In this document: in pieces, positions 49,106-62,416 of the stretch
How the letters are laid out: each line of letters begins with the position of its first letter
Numbering within the stretch: the stretch's first letter is position 1
Assembly (NCBI GenBank): GCA_004431415.1
Contig: QPMI01000225.1
Coordinates: forward strand, 62,001-126,000
Length of the DNA stretch: 64,000 nt
Reading direction: 5' to 3'
DNA from: Cyanophora paradoxa CCMP329
Taxonomy: Eukaryota; Plantae; Glaucophyta
The notes under the pieces: generated by a model
What the model was told of the DNA's origin: nothing
Databases searched by the model: none
Seen by the model: the letters and a program-made list of their open reading frames with translations, nothing else
Position numbers and translations under genes: made by a program

Positions 49106-50191
49106 ATGTCCACTCCGGAAGCAGTAACTGCTTGGCCGGAGGGCGAAGACAGGCATGCACACTCCTCCCTCAAGACCGTCTTCCCCTCCGTGGTTCGGTG
49201 CGCATGATGGACCTCGACCGGCTGCCAAACGCTGAGCCGGCGGCATCAGCCTGAACGTCGGCGGCATCAAGTACACCACCGCGCTCAGCACGCTGCTCTC
49301 CAAACCCGATAGCATGCTCTGCACCATGTTCTCGGGGCGTTTCGAGGTCACGAAGGACCCCGAGGGGTGCGAATGGGCCTCCCCCGGCTGCTCGCGGGGG
49401 TCGCGGCGTATCGCTGAGCACAGCACAGCTTGTACTTCATCGATCGAGACGGGACATACTTCCGTCACATCCTGAACTACCTGCGAGACGGCGTGACCGA
49501 GCTGCCCGAGGACCGCATCGCGCAGCGGGAGATCATGCGGGAGGCCGAGTACTTCCAGCTGCAAGGCAAGCGCACTCTTAAGCGGAGCGCGAGCCGCGCT
49601 AACGCCCCGTTCCAGAGCTCGTGCAGTACATCAAATCCGACCTCTACCCGCGCGTGAAGACGCAGCACCTGGCGCTCTACATGATGCCGACCGAGAACGA
49701 GGGGCCGCACTTGCTTATAGGCCCTGCAGAGTACCAGGCCGTCTGCGATATTAGCGTGAGTCCGCGCCGCAGCGCCAATCGCGGGGAAAGCCGACGTGTC
49801 GCTTGCAGGGGCGAACCGGCCCGGCGGCGCTGGAGGTCCAGCACAGCCACCACAGACCCGTGAACGGGCGCTGCGCTTGCTTTCCAGAGAATTACAACAA
49901 CATCGTCGCGTTCGGCAAGGACGGGCACTGGTGCGGCGCGCCCGTCCCGCGCGGCGTGCGCCGAGCCGAGCGCCGACGCCCGCGCCCGCCGCCCGCCCCA
50001 GGTTCATAAACGGGCACCTGCCGCTTCTGGATATCCTGAGGATTCTGGAGCGGTACGGGTGGTCCATACGGAGCAGCGCCACACACACGGCGATAAACAG
50101 GAGCGACACGTCGTTCACCGAGTACATCCTGACGCGGCTCGCGCCCTTCGTGCGTGCCCCCGTGCCCCCCTCGTTCCCGCCGACGCGATGA
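49106..50191 (+). CDS. KCTD-like BTB/POZ (T1) domain protein
   Basis: VVRLNVGGIKYTTALSTLLSKPDSML..FIDRDGTYFRHILNYLRDG..EAEYFQL. Confidence 0.92.
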
Positions 50192-50970
50192 CGTCTCCCG
50201 CAGTGAACAGAGTTTCCGCGCCGTGGCGCTGCTGTCGACGTGGGAGACGGGCTGCGCTTCGGCCTGTTCGCCTCGCGACGGGGCTTTTGCGGCCGATCAT
50301 GCTTTCCGGACGAAGATGATCTTATCAGCATGCGAGTACTTCAGGCACATTTCATTAGCAGAGCGTTGAGTTGGTAGCCTAGTAGCTAGCTAGCACCCCA
50401 GCGCTAGCAGAGCCCATCAGTATAGGCCATGACGATATGCCATAAGCTGAATGCAGTCGCCGTTGGAAGTTCAGATAAGTAATGAGCTGCAGACGGCGGC
50501 CCAGCGGCGCTCCATCCCTGCTGCGCGTGCATGTGCCACGGTGTCCGAATCCGATCATGCATACGCATATGATGATCAACTTGCAATTGCAATTGGCAAC
50601 CGGTCCGCTCGCGGCCGGGCCGGGCCGGGCCCTCAGGCCTCAGGGACCGTAGCTGTCTGCGCATGCAGCTTAAGCTTGCCCGAGGCCGCGGCCGTCGCGC
50701 CTATCTATAGGCGATCATGCTCATGATCAAGTCGCGTGGGGTGCAAGCTTAAGGATGATGCAGCGCTGGCGCTAGCTGCAGTGCGCCTATGATCAACTTT
50801 TAAATCCCTCGGGGCATGATCACGAACAGGCGTGGCGTGTGTATTCACAAAGAGTCTACGCTACTGAAATTAGTAATAGTGTAAGATTACAGCATATGTT
50901 CGCAGGCAGAGATGCGCCGAGGACGACGACGGGAAGCCCCGCCGCCAAGATCCACTCGCCCCTCAGCGCG

Positions 50971-51541
50971 TCATTGCGGCCCAGCTCTTGTGGCCTCCAT
51001 CGATTTCTGCAAGCAGGAAGCGGGGTTCAGGTCTCAAAACCGCGAACTTCGACAGCAGCATGGCCCGCGCCTTCAGTGCTTCGACGAAATTGATCGGAGT
51101 GAGCGTCAGCGGGGACTTGCCAGCGCCCCACGCCTTGTCCTGGCTCTTGTACACCTCCGGCTTGTCTGAGGCTCAAGCGTAAGCGTGGGGGCCATGGGGA
51201 CGCCGCTCGAGCAGCCATCTCTTGCTGCCGTTGCCCCCGCGGGCCGCGCAAGGTTTGCATGCACCGGCATCACTGCAATTCGGATCTGTCAGCTGGCTCA
51301 CAGTCGCGGCCCATCCTGCGTGACCTCAGCAAAGCGGAGTCCCGCGGTCCGCGTGCGGCGACGCACGATCGTTCAGGAGCTTGCTGGCGCTGATCGAGTC
51401 GAACGCTTCCGGTTCGAAGGCCTGGCTGCTCTGGCTGGAAAACACGTCGCTCAGGTCGTTCCGTGATCCAGGGCCGGAGCCGCCGCTGTAGCTCATGCCG
51501 CCACGTTTCGGCTTGCCTCTCGAACTCCTTCCTTGCTGCAT
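50971..51541 (-). CDS. Small (about 125 aa) four-exon hypothetical protein
   Basis: Three introns splice in frame to give MQQGRSSRGK..FDSISASKLLNDRWAATV..DKPEVYKSQDKAWG..NFVEALKKSMEATRAGPQ*. Confidence 0.6.
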
Positions 51542-51869
51542 TTTGCGGACGATTCAGGTACGTCCCGCTTGGTGCGCGTCCACGGCTGAACCCCTCATAC
51601 CCCCCCGCCGCAACTCGTCGGCGATCGCGGCACCAGCCGCCGACTCAACCAGCCGCTAGCGCTGGATCTAATGCAACAGAAGAGCCCGGTAAGCAATCGG
51701 AAGCCCTTAGAGTCGGTTGCGAGGGTTTTCTATGGAACCTCGTGTGCTCGCCGTGCCGCTGGAAACTTCGCCGCGTGGCCGGCGACGCCATTAGATGTCA
51801 CCTTCATTCAATGTGACGGCCGCGCGATGCAATCGTCGCCGCGGCCGCTGCTGCGTTTCCCGCCGCTTG

Positions 51870-53798
51870 ATGGCCAAGGCGCTCATTCAGTCGTGTGTCC
51901 AGACGCCGGGAGCACCCACGGCAAATGTAGGCGCTGGAAAGCCCAAGTATACTTCCATCAATCTCAATGCGACCTACAAGCCGACTGGCGCCTCGCCCTC
52001 GGCCCTGCGGACCACCGTCCCAGGTCTCCTTTCCCGTCTTCGCTCGCCACTTCTTCTTCGCCGCAGAATCATTTTCGATCTCATATGGATGTTTTCGTTC
52101 GCAGGACCCGGCCACAGCCGCCTGCTCGTTCTTGGAAAAGGACGCGGCCGCGGTATTGTCACCGTGCCGAAAGTTCTTGCGCCGGGACCCGTGAACCTTC
52201 CGAGTTTGAAGAGCGAACACCAAGGCAATGATCCAACGAAACAGCTGGTTCCTTCTGGCGGCCAGGGCTGGGGCGCCGGGCGTCCAGATGGCGAGGCTTC
52301 GCCAATCCCGCCGGGAGGTCCGGCGTCTTCGAGCGGCACTCCCCGCCCTCCTGGAGATGTCCACCTTGGACCTCCCACCGGGCCCGTTGCCATCGGCACG
52401 ACGAGCCCCGTCGGCGGGACGTCGGCTGCGCCCTGGGCCCGCGGCAGCGTCGTCAAGCCAGTCGCAGTGCGCCCTGACCAGCCCGGCTTCGCTCAGGAGC
52501 TCGACCGTCCTCAGAGCGCGCCTGTCACCCGTTCTCCTCAGCCCGAACCCCAGCGCATCAGCCCGGCAGCGATCCCCGCAGCCGGCTCCCCCGCCACCGC
52601 GCGCGCCTCGGGCGGCCGCCCAGAGGATTTCCCGCCCTTGGGAAAGGATGCAGCGAAGCCTGAGCCCGCCCCCGCCCCCGCGTCCAGAAGCCCCTACGGA
52701 ACGGCGGGACCCAGCTCGCGCCCCGCCAGTGCGTCACCTCGTCGCCTCCTTCCGGTCGCTGTTGCATTTCTGACCCCGTGAGCAGACGCTCCCAGCGACG
52801 CGTGGCGCGAGCGCGCAATGGAGGAGAAGGAGCGCATCGAGATGGAGCGTGACATGCGGCGGGCGACGGAAGAGCCCGCAGCGAAGTACGCTCGCCCCTC
52901 ATTCGACGATCGCCGCTTCGACGGTGCGCTCGCGCTCGCGCTCGCTTCGTTCTGCGGCCGGCCCCGCGCTGACGGCCCGCTGCGCAGACCGCCGGCGCTT
53001 CGACGAGTTCGGCGGGCGGGACAGCTGGCGGGACGAGCGGGCCGGCGGCTACGGATACCCTCGGGACGCTCGGGACCGCGAGGCGCGAGAGCGCGAGGCC
53101 GAGCGGGACTTCTTCCGGCAGCGGGACCAGAACCGAGACCGAGACCGCGAGCGCGAGCGCGAGTGGGAGCGCGAGCGCGAGCGGCTCCGCGCCGCTGCCG
53201 GCGCCGGGGGCGGCGGCTGGGTCATTCCCGGCTTCTCGGCGCCCGCCGGGGGGCGGGACTCCGCGCACGGCCCCCCGCCGCGCGTCGCGTGGGACGACCG
53301 GCGGCCGGGCGCGGAGGCGAGCCCTCCGCCGCGTGACGCGGGGCGGCCGCCGATCCCCACCAGCGGCCGGAGCTCCATGGAGGCGCGGCCGGCGGCAGCG
53401 CCCCTGCCCTCGGCCGGCGGCAGCGGCACCTCCTCCCGCTCGCTCGGCAGCGCCTCCGCACCGGGCGGCGCGCAGCGGACTTCGATCCCGCGCACAGCGA
53501 GCGCGCCCGGCGACGCCAAGGTCTCCGACTGGGCCGCCCAGGAGGGCGACGAGGAGATGGACTTCAACAAGCCCCTCATCTTCTCCGATACTGACATGAA
53601 GGCGCGTTATTCGCTCTTTGTGTCCTCCCCGCTCCTTTGTCTTGAGCGCCCTCCGCCGCAGGAGATGGCGTTCGAGCTGGAGCGCAAGCGGAAGGAGGAG
53701 GAGCGGGAGCGGGCGCGGCAGGAGGCGCTCCGGCGGGAGCTCGAGATGAAGGAGCGCGAGCGCAAGCTGAGGGAGCTCGAAGAGCGCGAGAAGTGCGG

Positions 53799-53833
<35 letters not shown>

Positions 53834-56800
53834 GTTGTTCGCGATCGTTCGGCCCCCACGTTCTCTGCTGAGGCGGTCGCTTCTGCGCAGGCGAGAGAAG
53901 GCGCGCAGAGAAGCTGAGGAAAAGGCGCGGCGGGAAGCGGAGGAGAAGGAGCGGGAACGGGAGCGGCGGCGCCAGGAGGCGGAGGAGCGGAACCGCTGGC
54001 TCGAGGAGGAGCGCATGCGCCGCGAGGCCGAGCGTCTGGCATACGAGCGGGACATCGAGATGCGCCAGCGGGTGCGCCCCCTCTCTTTCGCTTCTTTCCC
54101 CTCCTTCCCTCCCTGAGCGCCGGCGGCCAGGCGATGGAGGAGCGCCGGCGGGCCGAGTTCGAGGCGGAGCGCGTGCGGGAGCTGCAGCGGCGCCAGATGC
54201 AGATGGCACAGATGGGCCCGCCCCCCGGCGGGGAGCTCCCCTCCTACGACGACTACCGCGGGACGGCGCCGCCGTACGGGCGGGGCGCGCCGTTCACGCG
54301 GGAGCGGCCAGCGGCCGGCGAGCGGAAGCTCTACGACCCGCGCGAGGAGGACCGCATGCGGGAGCAGCGGGAGCGGGAGGCGCGGGAGGCCCAGATCCGC
54401 GCCGCCCGCGAGCGCCAGCTGCGCGAGGCCTGGGAGCGCCGCCAGCGCGAGGAAGCCGAGCAGGAACGCGAGCAGGCGCCCGCGCCGCAGTACCAGCCGC
54501 GCAAGATCCTGCAGCCGACCCGCCCGCAGCCGCCGCCGGTCGAGGTGCCGGCCGCGGCGGCCGCGCAGCAGCAGCCGTCGCCAGCGGCGCACGGGGAAAT
54601 CGTCTTCGGCGGGCCGGCCATCTTCACGAGCCCCAAGTCGGACGGCCTGCTGCCCATCCCAGCCCCTGGCGAGGAGAGGGGCCCCGCGGCGCCGGCCGCT
54701 GCCCAGACCCAGGCGACTCAGCCTTCGGCGCAGGCGCAGCAGCAGGCGCAGCAGGGCCGCGCCACGCCCCGCGAGCGCGACGCCAAGAAGCGCGGGCGGG
54801 GGAGCCCGGCCGACGAGCCGGCGCACGGCCTGCGCCCTCAGCAGCCGGGCCAGGCCCCGCAGCCGCCGGTCCAGCTGCCCCCGCAGCAGCAGCAGCAGCA
54901 GCAGCAGGCGCGGACCGCCGGGCGCGGTCGCGGGCGCGGGGCGGAGGCCCCTCCGGCCCTCGACTCGAGCGCCAGCCCCTTCGAGAAGCACGCGGCCGGC
55001 CGCGGGCGCGGACGCGGCGTCCTCGCCTCCCCGCAGGTCCCGCGCAGCCGCAGCCGGCCGCAGCCGGCCGCGGGCGCGGCCGGGCGTCCCGGCGCCGCAG
55101 CCCGCCACGCAGCCGGCCGGCCAGGCGCAGGCGCAGGCGGCTCCTCAGGCGGGGCGCGGGCGCGGGCGCGGGGTCGCTGCCCCGCGCCGGCGGGCCGCGG
55201 CGCTGCTACTCCTCCGCAGGGCAAGCAGTGGGCGCCCAAGAGCCCCTCGGACGCCGAGGCCGCCGCAGAGGCGGCGGCAGCCGCGCCCGTCGAGAGCACC
55301 ACCCGCCGGGCGCCGGTCGCGGCCGCGGCCGCGGCGCCGCCAGCGCTGCCAAGGGTGTCGGCCGCGGGGGCGCGGGGTCGCCCGTCCCGCCGGCCGCGGC
55401 GACCTCGTCCTCGCCCACGCAGGCCCCGGCGGGCCGCGGCCGCGGCCGCGGCCTCGCACGCCTCTCCGAGGTCTCCGGCGACGCGGCGCCGCAGCCGCAG
55501 CCGCAGGCGGCCGCCAAGAGCCTCCAGGCCGCCGCCCGCGGCGCGAACGCCAAGGGCGCCGGCCGGGGCGGCTTCCTCGCGAGCCCCGCCGGGCGCGGAC
55601 GCGGCCGCGGGCAGCAGGCGGCGGGGAGCCCCGTGGAGGGCTTGGGCCCGGGCCCCGCCCCGGCGAGGCGGCGGAAGCCGGGGCGGCGCGCGGGAGGAGG
55701 CGGTCTCGGCGAGCGACTCGGCGGGGGCGTCCCGGCGCCGGCGCCGGCTGCCTCGCCGAGCGCGAGCGCCCCGGCAACCGACGCCGGCGACGCCGCCGAC
55801 GGCGACGGCGCCTCGTCAAGCTACGCCTCCCCTTCGCCCTCTCCCCAGCCGCGCGCCGCCGTTCCCGCCGACGGCTCCGCCCCCGCCCCCGCCGCCAAGG
55901 ACAAGAAGAAGAAGAAAAAGAAGAAGGAAAAGAAGGAGGAGCCGGCGGCGGCGCCGCCGAAGGACGCGAAGAAGGAGGAGAAGGGCGAGGAGAAGCACAG
56001 GCAGCAGCGCGGGCCCACCGCCCAGGCGAGCGTTTCCTCTGTCGCCGCACCTCTCCCCGCCCCCCGCCGCTCACTTCTCCCCGGCAGGAGTACGAGGCGC
56101 TGGCGAACTCGCTGCAGAGCGGGGTGGTGATGGTCTCCGAGCAGGTCGGCATCGAGCACGAGCCCGACTTCGACGACTTCGAGGTGCCCTGCACCCCCCT
56201 GCCCCCATCTTCGCCTTCTCCGGCCGACTGGCGTGCCCAGGTGGTCCTGTCCCGCAAGTCGGCCCTGAAGGAGAAGCGCGAGGCGAAGGAGAAGGAGCAC
56301 AAGTCGCCGCCGCCGGCCCCCGCCGTCCCGGCCCCCTCCTCGTCCCCGGCCCAGCAGGCGGCCAAGCCGAAGGCGTCCTCGCCGGGCCCGCAGCCGCCCC
56401 TGCCGCAGCACCCGGCGGCGCCGGCCGCCGCCGTCGCCGCCGTTGCAGGGGAGGGCAAGCGGCAAGAGGGCCCTCGCCGGGCCCGACCCGCCCGGGCCCA
56501 TCCTGACCCCCTCCAAGGGCGTCGCACAGCCAGCGGCGCCCGCCCGGCCCCGACCAAGCGCGTCGCCCCACCGCCGCCGCGCCCCCGCCCCCGGGCCGTC
56601 CCTCAGCTCTCCCCCGTCCCGGCGCCCGCCCCGTCCCCGCCGCCGTCGTTGCGGCGAAGGCCGCCGCCGCGGCCGCCGCCGCAGCGGCTGCCACCGGCGC
56701 CGCGGTCCTCCCGCTGCCCCGCCGACCCTCGCCCCGCCGCTGCCCCGGCTCCGCCTCCCGCGGCGCCCGCGACGCCGCCGGCGCCCGTGTGGGGCAAGGC

Positions 56801-57235
56801 GGAGGCGGCCAAGCCGCCGGGCCTGCAGCAGATCATGCTGGAGGAGAACCTCCAGCAGGCGCTGCCCAAGCCGGCCGCGCTCGCCGTCGCGCAGGACGCG
56901 GAGGTCAAGCCGGGGCGCGCGGCCAAGGCCGGCGCCGCTGCCGGCGCCAAGGGCGGTCGCGGCGATCGCCAGCAGGCGCAGCCGCAGCCGCAGCACCAGG
57001 GCAAGCGGGGCCAGGCGCAGGCCGGCCAGCAGCCGGCGCAGCCGCAGCAGGCCGGCAAGCAGGAGCGTGGCGCTCGCGGCCAACGGGGCCCCAAGCTCCC
57101 CGAGTGGGCCACGGAGCCTGTCTCTTCGATCCTCGGCGCGGCCGGCGCCCCCGCCCCGCCGGCTCTCCGGGGGAGGCATCTCCCGCGAGCGCCTCGCCGC
57201 CCCCGCCGGCGGCCGCTCCGCCCGCTGGCGGCCGC

Positions 57236-57278
<43 letters not shown>

Positions 57279-57877
57279 CGGCCGGTGGCAGGGCCCCAAG
57301 CAGGTCTACGCCCCAAGCGCGGCTCGCCCTCGCCGCCGGCCGACGGCGCCGCCGCCCCGGCCGCCCCGGCCCCTGCCGCGCAGGGCGGTCTTCTCCCGTC
57401 CCCTCCGGCCCCAGCGCTGCCGCCGACCCGCGAGCCCCGGGACCGGCCCGCAAGGCGCCAGCCCCTGGCCAGTCGGCGGCGGGGCGCCGGCGGACTGGAC
57501 GGCCGTTCCGGCGGCGCCGTCGGCGGTCGTGGGCGCTGCGTTCCCCACGAGCGTCGTCGTCGGCACCGTGGCGACTGCGTCGGCCTCGGCGCCCGGTGCC
57601 ACGGCCTCCTCCTCGCCCGCCGTCCCCTCCCCGCCCGCCTCCGCCGCCTTCGCCAGCGCGGAGCCGCCGCGGGCGTCCGCCCCCGCCGCCTCCACCCCCG
57701 TCGAGACCGCCGCCCCGCCCGCCGCTGCCGCAGCGGCGCAGGCCCCGCGGCAGGCGCCTGTGTCGCCACCGCAGCAGCAACAGCAGCTGCTGCTGCTGCA
57801 ACAGCAGCTGCAGCATCAGCAGCTGTCGGCGCCGCGGCAGCAGCAGCGCTCGATCTCGCCGCAGCAGCAGCCACGCC

Positions 57878-57920
<43 letters not shown>

Positions 57921-58374
57921 GTCGATCCAGCAGCAACTGCAGCAGCAGATGCAGGCGGCTGCGCCCGGGTTCATGTTCGTGAGCGCGCCGACCGCGGCGC
58001 CGGGCCGCACAGGCGGCTCGAGCGCCGGGGCAGTGGGCGTGCAGCAGGTCGGCTTCGGGCGGGCAGACCCGGCGACGCGCGCCGTGGGCTCGCGGGCCTC
58101 GTACGGGGGGCAGCAGGGGCAGGCGATCTCGCCGCAGGGCCAGCAGGCGCAGGCCCAGTCCAGCGCCATGCTCTTCGGGGCGGTCGGGAGCCCGCAGCAG
58201 TACGCCATCTTCGGGCCCCCGGCCGGCGTCACGGGGTACCCCTTCGGCTCGGCGAGCGTGGTGCAGGCGGCGCAGGTGCAGCCGCAGGCGGGAGCGCAGC
58301 ACATGCGCCAGATCTTCTTCGGGCCGAGCCAGTTCCTCGTGCCCGCGAGCCAGCCGCAGCTCCAGCCGCAACAG

Positions 58375-58406
<32 letters not shown>

Positions 58407-58427
58407 GCAGATGCAGGCGCACGCCGC

Positions 58428-58483
<56 letters not shown>

Positions 58484-59728
58484 GAAGCTCGGTGCGCCGC
58501 CGAGCCGAGCCCTGCGCGCGATCGCGATCCCCGGCCGCTGATTTCCTTCGCAGGCCGCCGCCGACCTCCTCTCGGGCGCCGCCGGCTGGGCGACGGGTCA
58601 GGGGGCCCTTGCGATGGGCTTCCGGGCGGGGGGGATCTCCCCCCAGAGCGCCCTTGCCGCCGTCGGGAGCTCGCCCCAGTTCGGCGGCTCGTTCCTCACG
58701 GGCAACGCCCAGAGGTGCCGCCGGCCCCGCCCCCCCTTGCTTGCCTTCAAGCTTCCTCCCCTCGCTGACCTTTCTGGCGACAGGCAGCAGATGGTTGGCG
58801 TCATGGTGCCCCAGGTGACCCAGGTGCAGGCCCAGGCGATGCAGCAGCAGCAGCAGCAGGCCCAGGTGCGCCCAGCGCGCACCCCGAGTGTTCGCCGAGC
58901 TCGCGAGGGCGAGGCGGCTGAGCGGGCGGCGGGCGCAGATGCAGCAGGCGGTGATGATGCAGGCCTACATCCAGCAGCAGCAGGCCCAGGTCCAGCAGGC
59001 CCAGGTCCCGCCCCCCACCCCCTCCTCGCCCCGGCCCCCGTTCTGACTGCACCGCACGCGCAGGCGGCGGCGATGGCGCGGCAGCAGCAGCAGGCGCAGC
59101 AGCAGGCGCAGGTCGGGCGCGTCGGGCTCTCCGCCTCGGGCCTCGGCTCCGGCCCCTTCGGCGTCTTTGGGGACCCCTCGGCCGCCCTTGGCGCCCGCCA
59201 GCAGCTTGTCACCCTCGCCGGTACCCCACTTTGATGGTTTCCCCCCCTGTCCTCACTGAGTTTGCGTGCGTCTGCAGGCGGCCCGATGCAGCAGCAGCAG
59301 CAGCAGCAGCAACTGCAGCAGCAGCAGCAAGGCCGTACTGCGCCGCCCTCTGGGCTAGCTCCCGGCCGGGGATCGCGCGCCGTTGGCGGCCCCAGCGCAG
59401 GCTCCCCGGGCAGTCCCCCGAGCGCCCCGTTCGCCTCGGCGCCGGGCCAGCGCACGAGCGGCGGCGGGCTCTCCAGCCGGGGCGCCGCCCAGCGCCCCAC
59501 GCAGCAGAACTACGTGCCCCGCCCGCGCCGCGACTCGTCCCACGAACCCCCCGCCGGGCCTCGCCGGCCGCCGCCGCCGCCGTCGGCGCAGCCTCCGCCT
59601 CGCTGGCGGCGGCCGCGGCCGCGGCGCCGGCCCCGTCCCTCCCGGCCGCAAGCGCCTCCGCCGGCTCAGACGCGGCCTCTGCGGCCCCGGCCGCCGCGTC
59701 GCCGCCCCCCGCCCCCGCCTCGGAGTGA
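51870..59728 (+). CDS. PRRC2/BAT2 (MOS1)-like protein: BAT2_N domain, Arg/Glu coiled coil, poly-Q low-complexity regions
   Basis: KYTSINLNATYK..LLVLGK..PVNLPSLKSEHQGNDPTKQLVPSGGQGW and EDFPPLG match BAT2_N. Several apparent frameshifts occur in GC runs, so the end is approximate. Confidence 0.82.
53800..53831. repeat. (CT)n microsatellite in an intron
   Basis: About 16 CT units read directly. Confidence 0.95.
57239..59330 (+). repeat. Multiple (CAG)n poly-Gln tracts
   Basis: Tracts near 57239-57275, 57880-57918, 58372-58481 and 59289-59330. Confidence 0.92.
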
Positions 59729-60126
59729 GCACGGCCCTTCTTCGGCCGCCCCGCCCTCTCCTCCTTTTTTTCAAACCAGCGCCTGCGGCGAGCAGTCCCG
59801 TGAATAGACGGGCGCTCAGCAGAGTGCGATGCCGTCCGCAGGGAAGCGATTGCAAACACAGGCTCAGGGATAGGTAGATGTAGGGACAGAGCGACGCTGC
59901 GCTTTGCGTGTGTGTGTGTTCTACAGGACCAGCTCATTTTTCAGTCCGCTCGGGGCCCGTCCGGGGCGAGGCGGGAGGGAGCTCGAGCGGGGTGTGCGGA
60001 GCTCGATCGCGAGCGGCTGGGGCGGCGATGGAGGGGCAGGTGCGCATGCGGGGATATCGATGGAGGGAAGGGGCGGGGAGGGGGGGAGGGAGGGCCGGGG
60101 TAGAGGACGTTGAGTCGAAGGGGCGC

Positions 60127-62204
60127 ATGCAACGCATACGTACGCGGGGCCGCAAGCGGGTCTACTTTACGTGCATTTCGTGTGGCAAGCGGGCGAGGGC
60201 TCTCGTGGGCGAGGAGGACGCCGCGCCCTGCGGCGGCTGCGGTTCGCCGACGCGCACGACGCGCGCCCCCTGGAGGCGGCGAGCTCCTGAGCCTCGAGCC
60301 TGTTCTCACTTGTTTCGCAGGAGCGGAGCACCCGTACAGCGGTGCAGAGGCCGGGGGCGCGGCCGCGGGAACGCTGGTCGTGCTGGCGCAGGTGCGCCCG
60401 CGGCGAGCCTGGTTCTATCCTTGAACTGATCAAGGTGCCGAGCAGTGGGGCGAGCCAGAAACGCCAGCTGAGCCGGCGGGCGCCGGCGCTGCAGCTGCGG
60501 CCGCGGCCGATGATCATGATCATGATCATGAGCTCGAGGAGGACGTGAGCGCGGCGGGGAGCGAGGGGGAGGAGGATGGAGGGACGTCCTCGGGCAGCGA
60601 GGACCTTCTCACGAGCGTCCTCGGCATCTGCTGGCGCGCGCACGCGCGTGCGGCGCCCCGGGCCGGGCCGAATGGCTGACCTGCAGCTGCGGCGCAGCCC
60701 GTCGACATGGGACGGGGGATGGGCCTACAAGAAGGGCGAGCGCAAGATGGAGTGCACCGAGCTGTATGGTGTTCTCACCGGTGCGCCCGCCCCGGCCCGC
60801 GCGCAAGCGCTTCGAGGATCCCGGATATTGATATCGCAGTATCGATCGAATGCGAGGGGACGGGGGAGGGGGCGGGCGCTGACGGCTCGCCGGGGCGGGG
60901 CAGACGTGAGCAAGGTGCTGCACTTCTGCAGGGAGCTCGACGTGGACGAGGACGCGCACACGGTGCGCCCGGCCCCGCTGCAGCTGCTCTCCACCTGCTC
61001 GTGGCCCTCATCGATCTCGCGGCGACCTCGGGGGGCCCGCCGCCCGCCGCCCGCCGCCAGATCTACAGCGCGAAGATCTCGAGGAAGGACGCCCTCTGGC
61101 GCATCGAGCGCTTCTTCGCCACCCGCACCGGTGCTCCAGCGCGCCCCACTCAACTCGCCCCACTCGGAACCGAGCGAGCTCGAGCGGGGGGCCCGGGGCG
61201 GGGCAGGGGCGCTGGTGCTGCACTACTCGGGCCACGGGGAGGACGACTCGGGGGACTGGATCCTCGGCCTCTCCGCCCGCGAGGAGTACCTCTCCTTCAA
61301 GGCGCCCCCGCCCCGCCCCCACTCCAGAGCTCCGGACCCACGCTCAGTGCGGGGGGCAGGACGTGGTGGGCCGCTGGGAGGCCTCCCACGCGCGCCAGCG
61401 CGGCTCCGAGCTCCTCCTCCTCCTCGACGCCTGCCACTCAGGGGCCTGGGTCCACGAGCTCAAGGCCCGCCCCACGCGCACCCGCGCCCTCCGGCTGCGG
61501 GCGCCGCGCTGAGCCCCGCCGCGCAGAAGCACGTGGAGAAGAAGGGGGACGTGGCCGTCGCGGTGCAGGCCTCCTGCCAGCGCGAGCAGCGCAGCAGCGA
61601 CGAGGCCCGCCCCGCGCCCCCTCCCCGCCACAGCGATAACTGCAGCCGATTCTGGAATATGAATCGTGGGATTCTGGGGGAAATATAAAGCAAATGCGCG
61701 CCGCGCAGGGCGCTTGGACGAAGGAGTTCATTCGGTACCAGAAGAGCGGCCGCATCTCCGACGGCTTTCTGAGGTCCGCGTATACGCACCCCCTCCCTTC
61801 CCCCAGAGCGCGTACCCCTCACCGCCCGCAGCGCCATCCTCAAAAAGAGCGGGCAACTCCCCATGGGTCCGCCTCCGTCCCCCCCCTCCCCCCCCCCCCC
61901 CCTCTCCCCCGGCCGGCGCGCCTCTCCTCAACACGTACCCCCCAGCGTTCGCGAGCTGGGGCAAGGAGAACTCGATGACGTACGACTTCGGTCCGCCCGA
62001 ATCCATATTTAAGCTTAAGCGCTATGGGATTGTACCCCGGTTCGACCTCGAGCCCGGCTTCGAATTCGGTTCGGCGCAGGGGAGTTCACGCTGCTGAACC
62101 AGAGCTACTTCCTGCGGGAGGCGCGGCGCAGGGAGGCGAGGAAGGGGTTCAAGCGCGCCGGCGCCGCCCAGTCCGTCAAAGTCAAGGGCCTCCAAACAGC
62201 CTAG
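60127..62204 (+). CDS. Divergent metacaspase-like (peptidase C14 fold) protein with N-terminal CxxC/CxxC ribbon
   Basis: Spliced ELYGVLTDV, LVLHYSGHG (catalytic His), LLLLDACHSG (catalytic Cys) and VQASC..SSDE-GAWT. N-terminal CISC-x15-CGGC. The start is uncertain. Confidence 0.8.
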
Positions 62205-62416
62205 GCCCCGCTACAACGCGCCGGCGTTCGCCGTCTAATTCGAGATCTAATTTATCGGTTGGGTTTGAAGGGGTACCAGTATTCGATGTAGAGAGATGTT
62301 TTCAAATTCGGAGAGCTTGAAACCTGGGGAAGCTAGTCTAGATCTCAGAGTCTACCGCTGTTAATTACGTGTACGAGCTGGCAGCCGGGGCGGGGGCGGG
62401 CCGGGGCGCGGGGCGG

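Noticed and set aside
55000-59728. Programmed frameshifting or pseudogenisation in the PRRC2-like gene
   Set aside because: Frame jumps fall in extreme GC or homopolymer stretches and are more simply explained by consensus errors or unrecognised introns.
60783-60879. 11-bp inverted repeat near the ends of one intron, suggesting an introner
   Set aside because: All-GC sequence that could arise by chance, and no second copy of this intron in the window.
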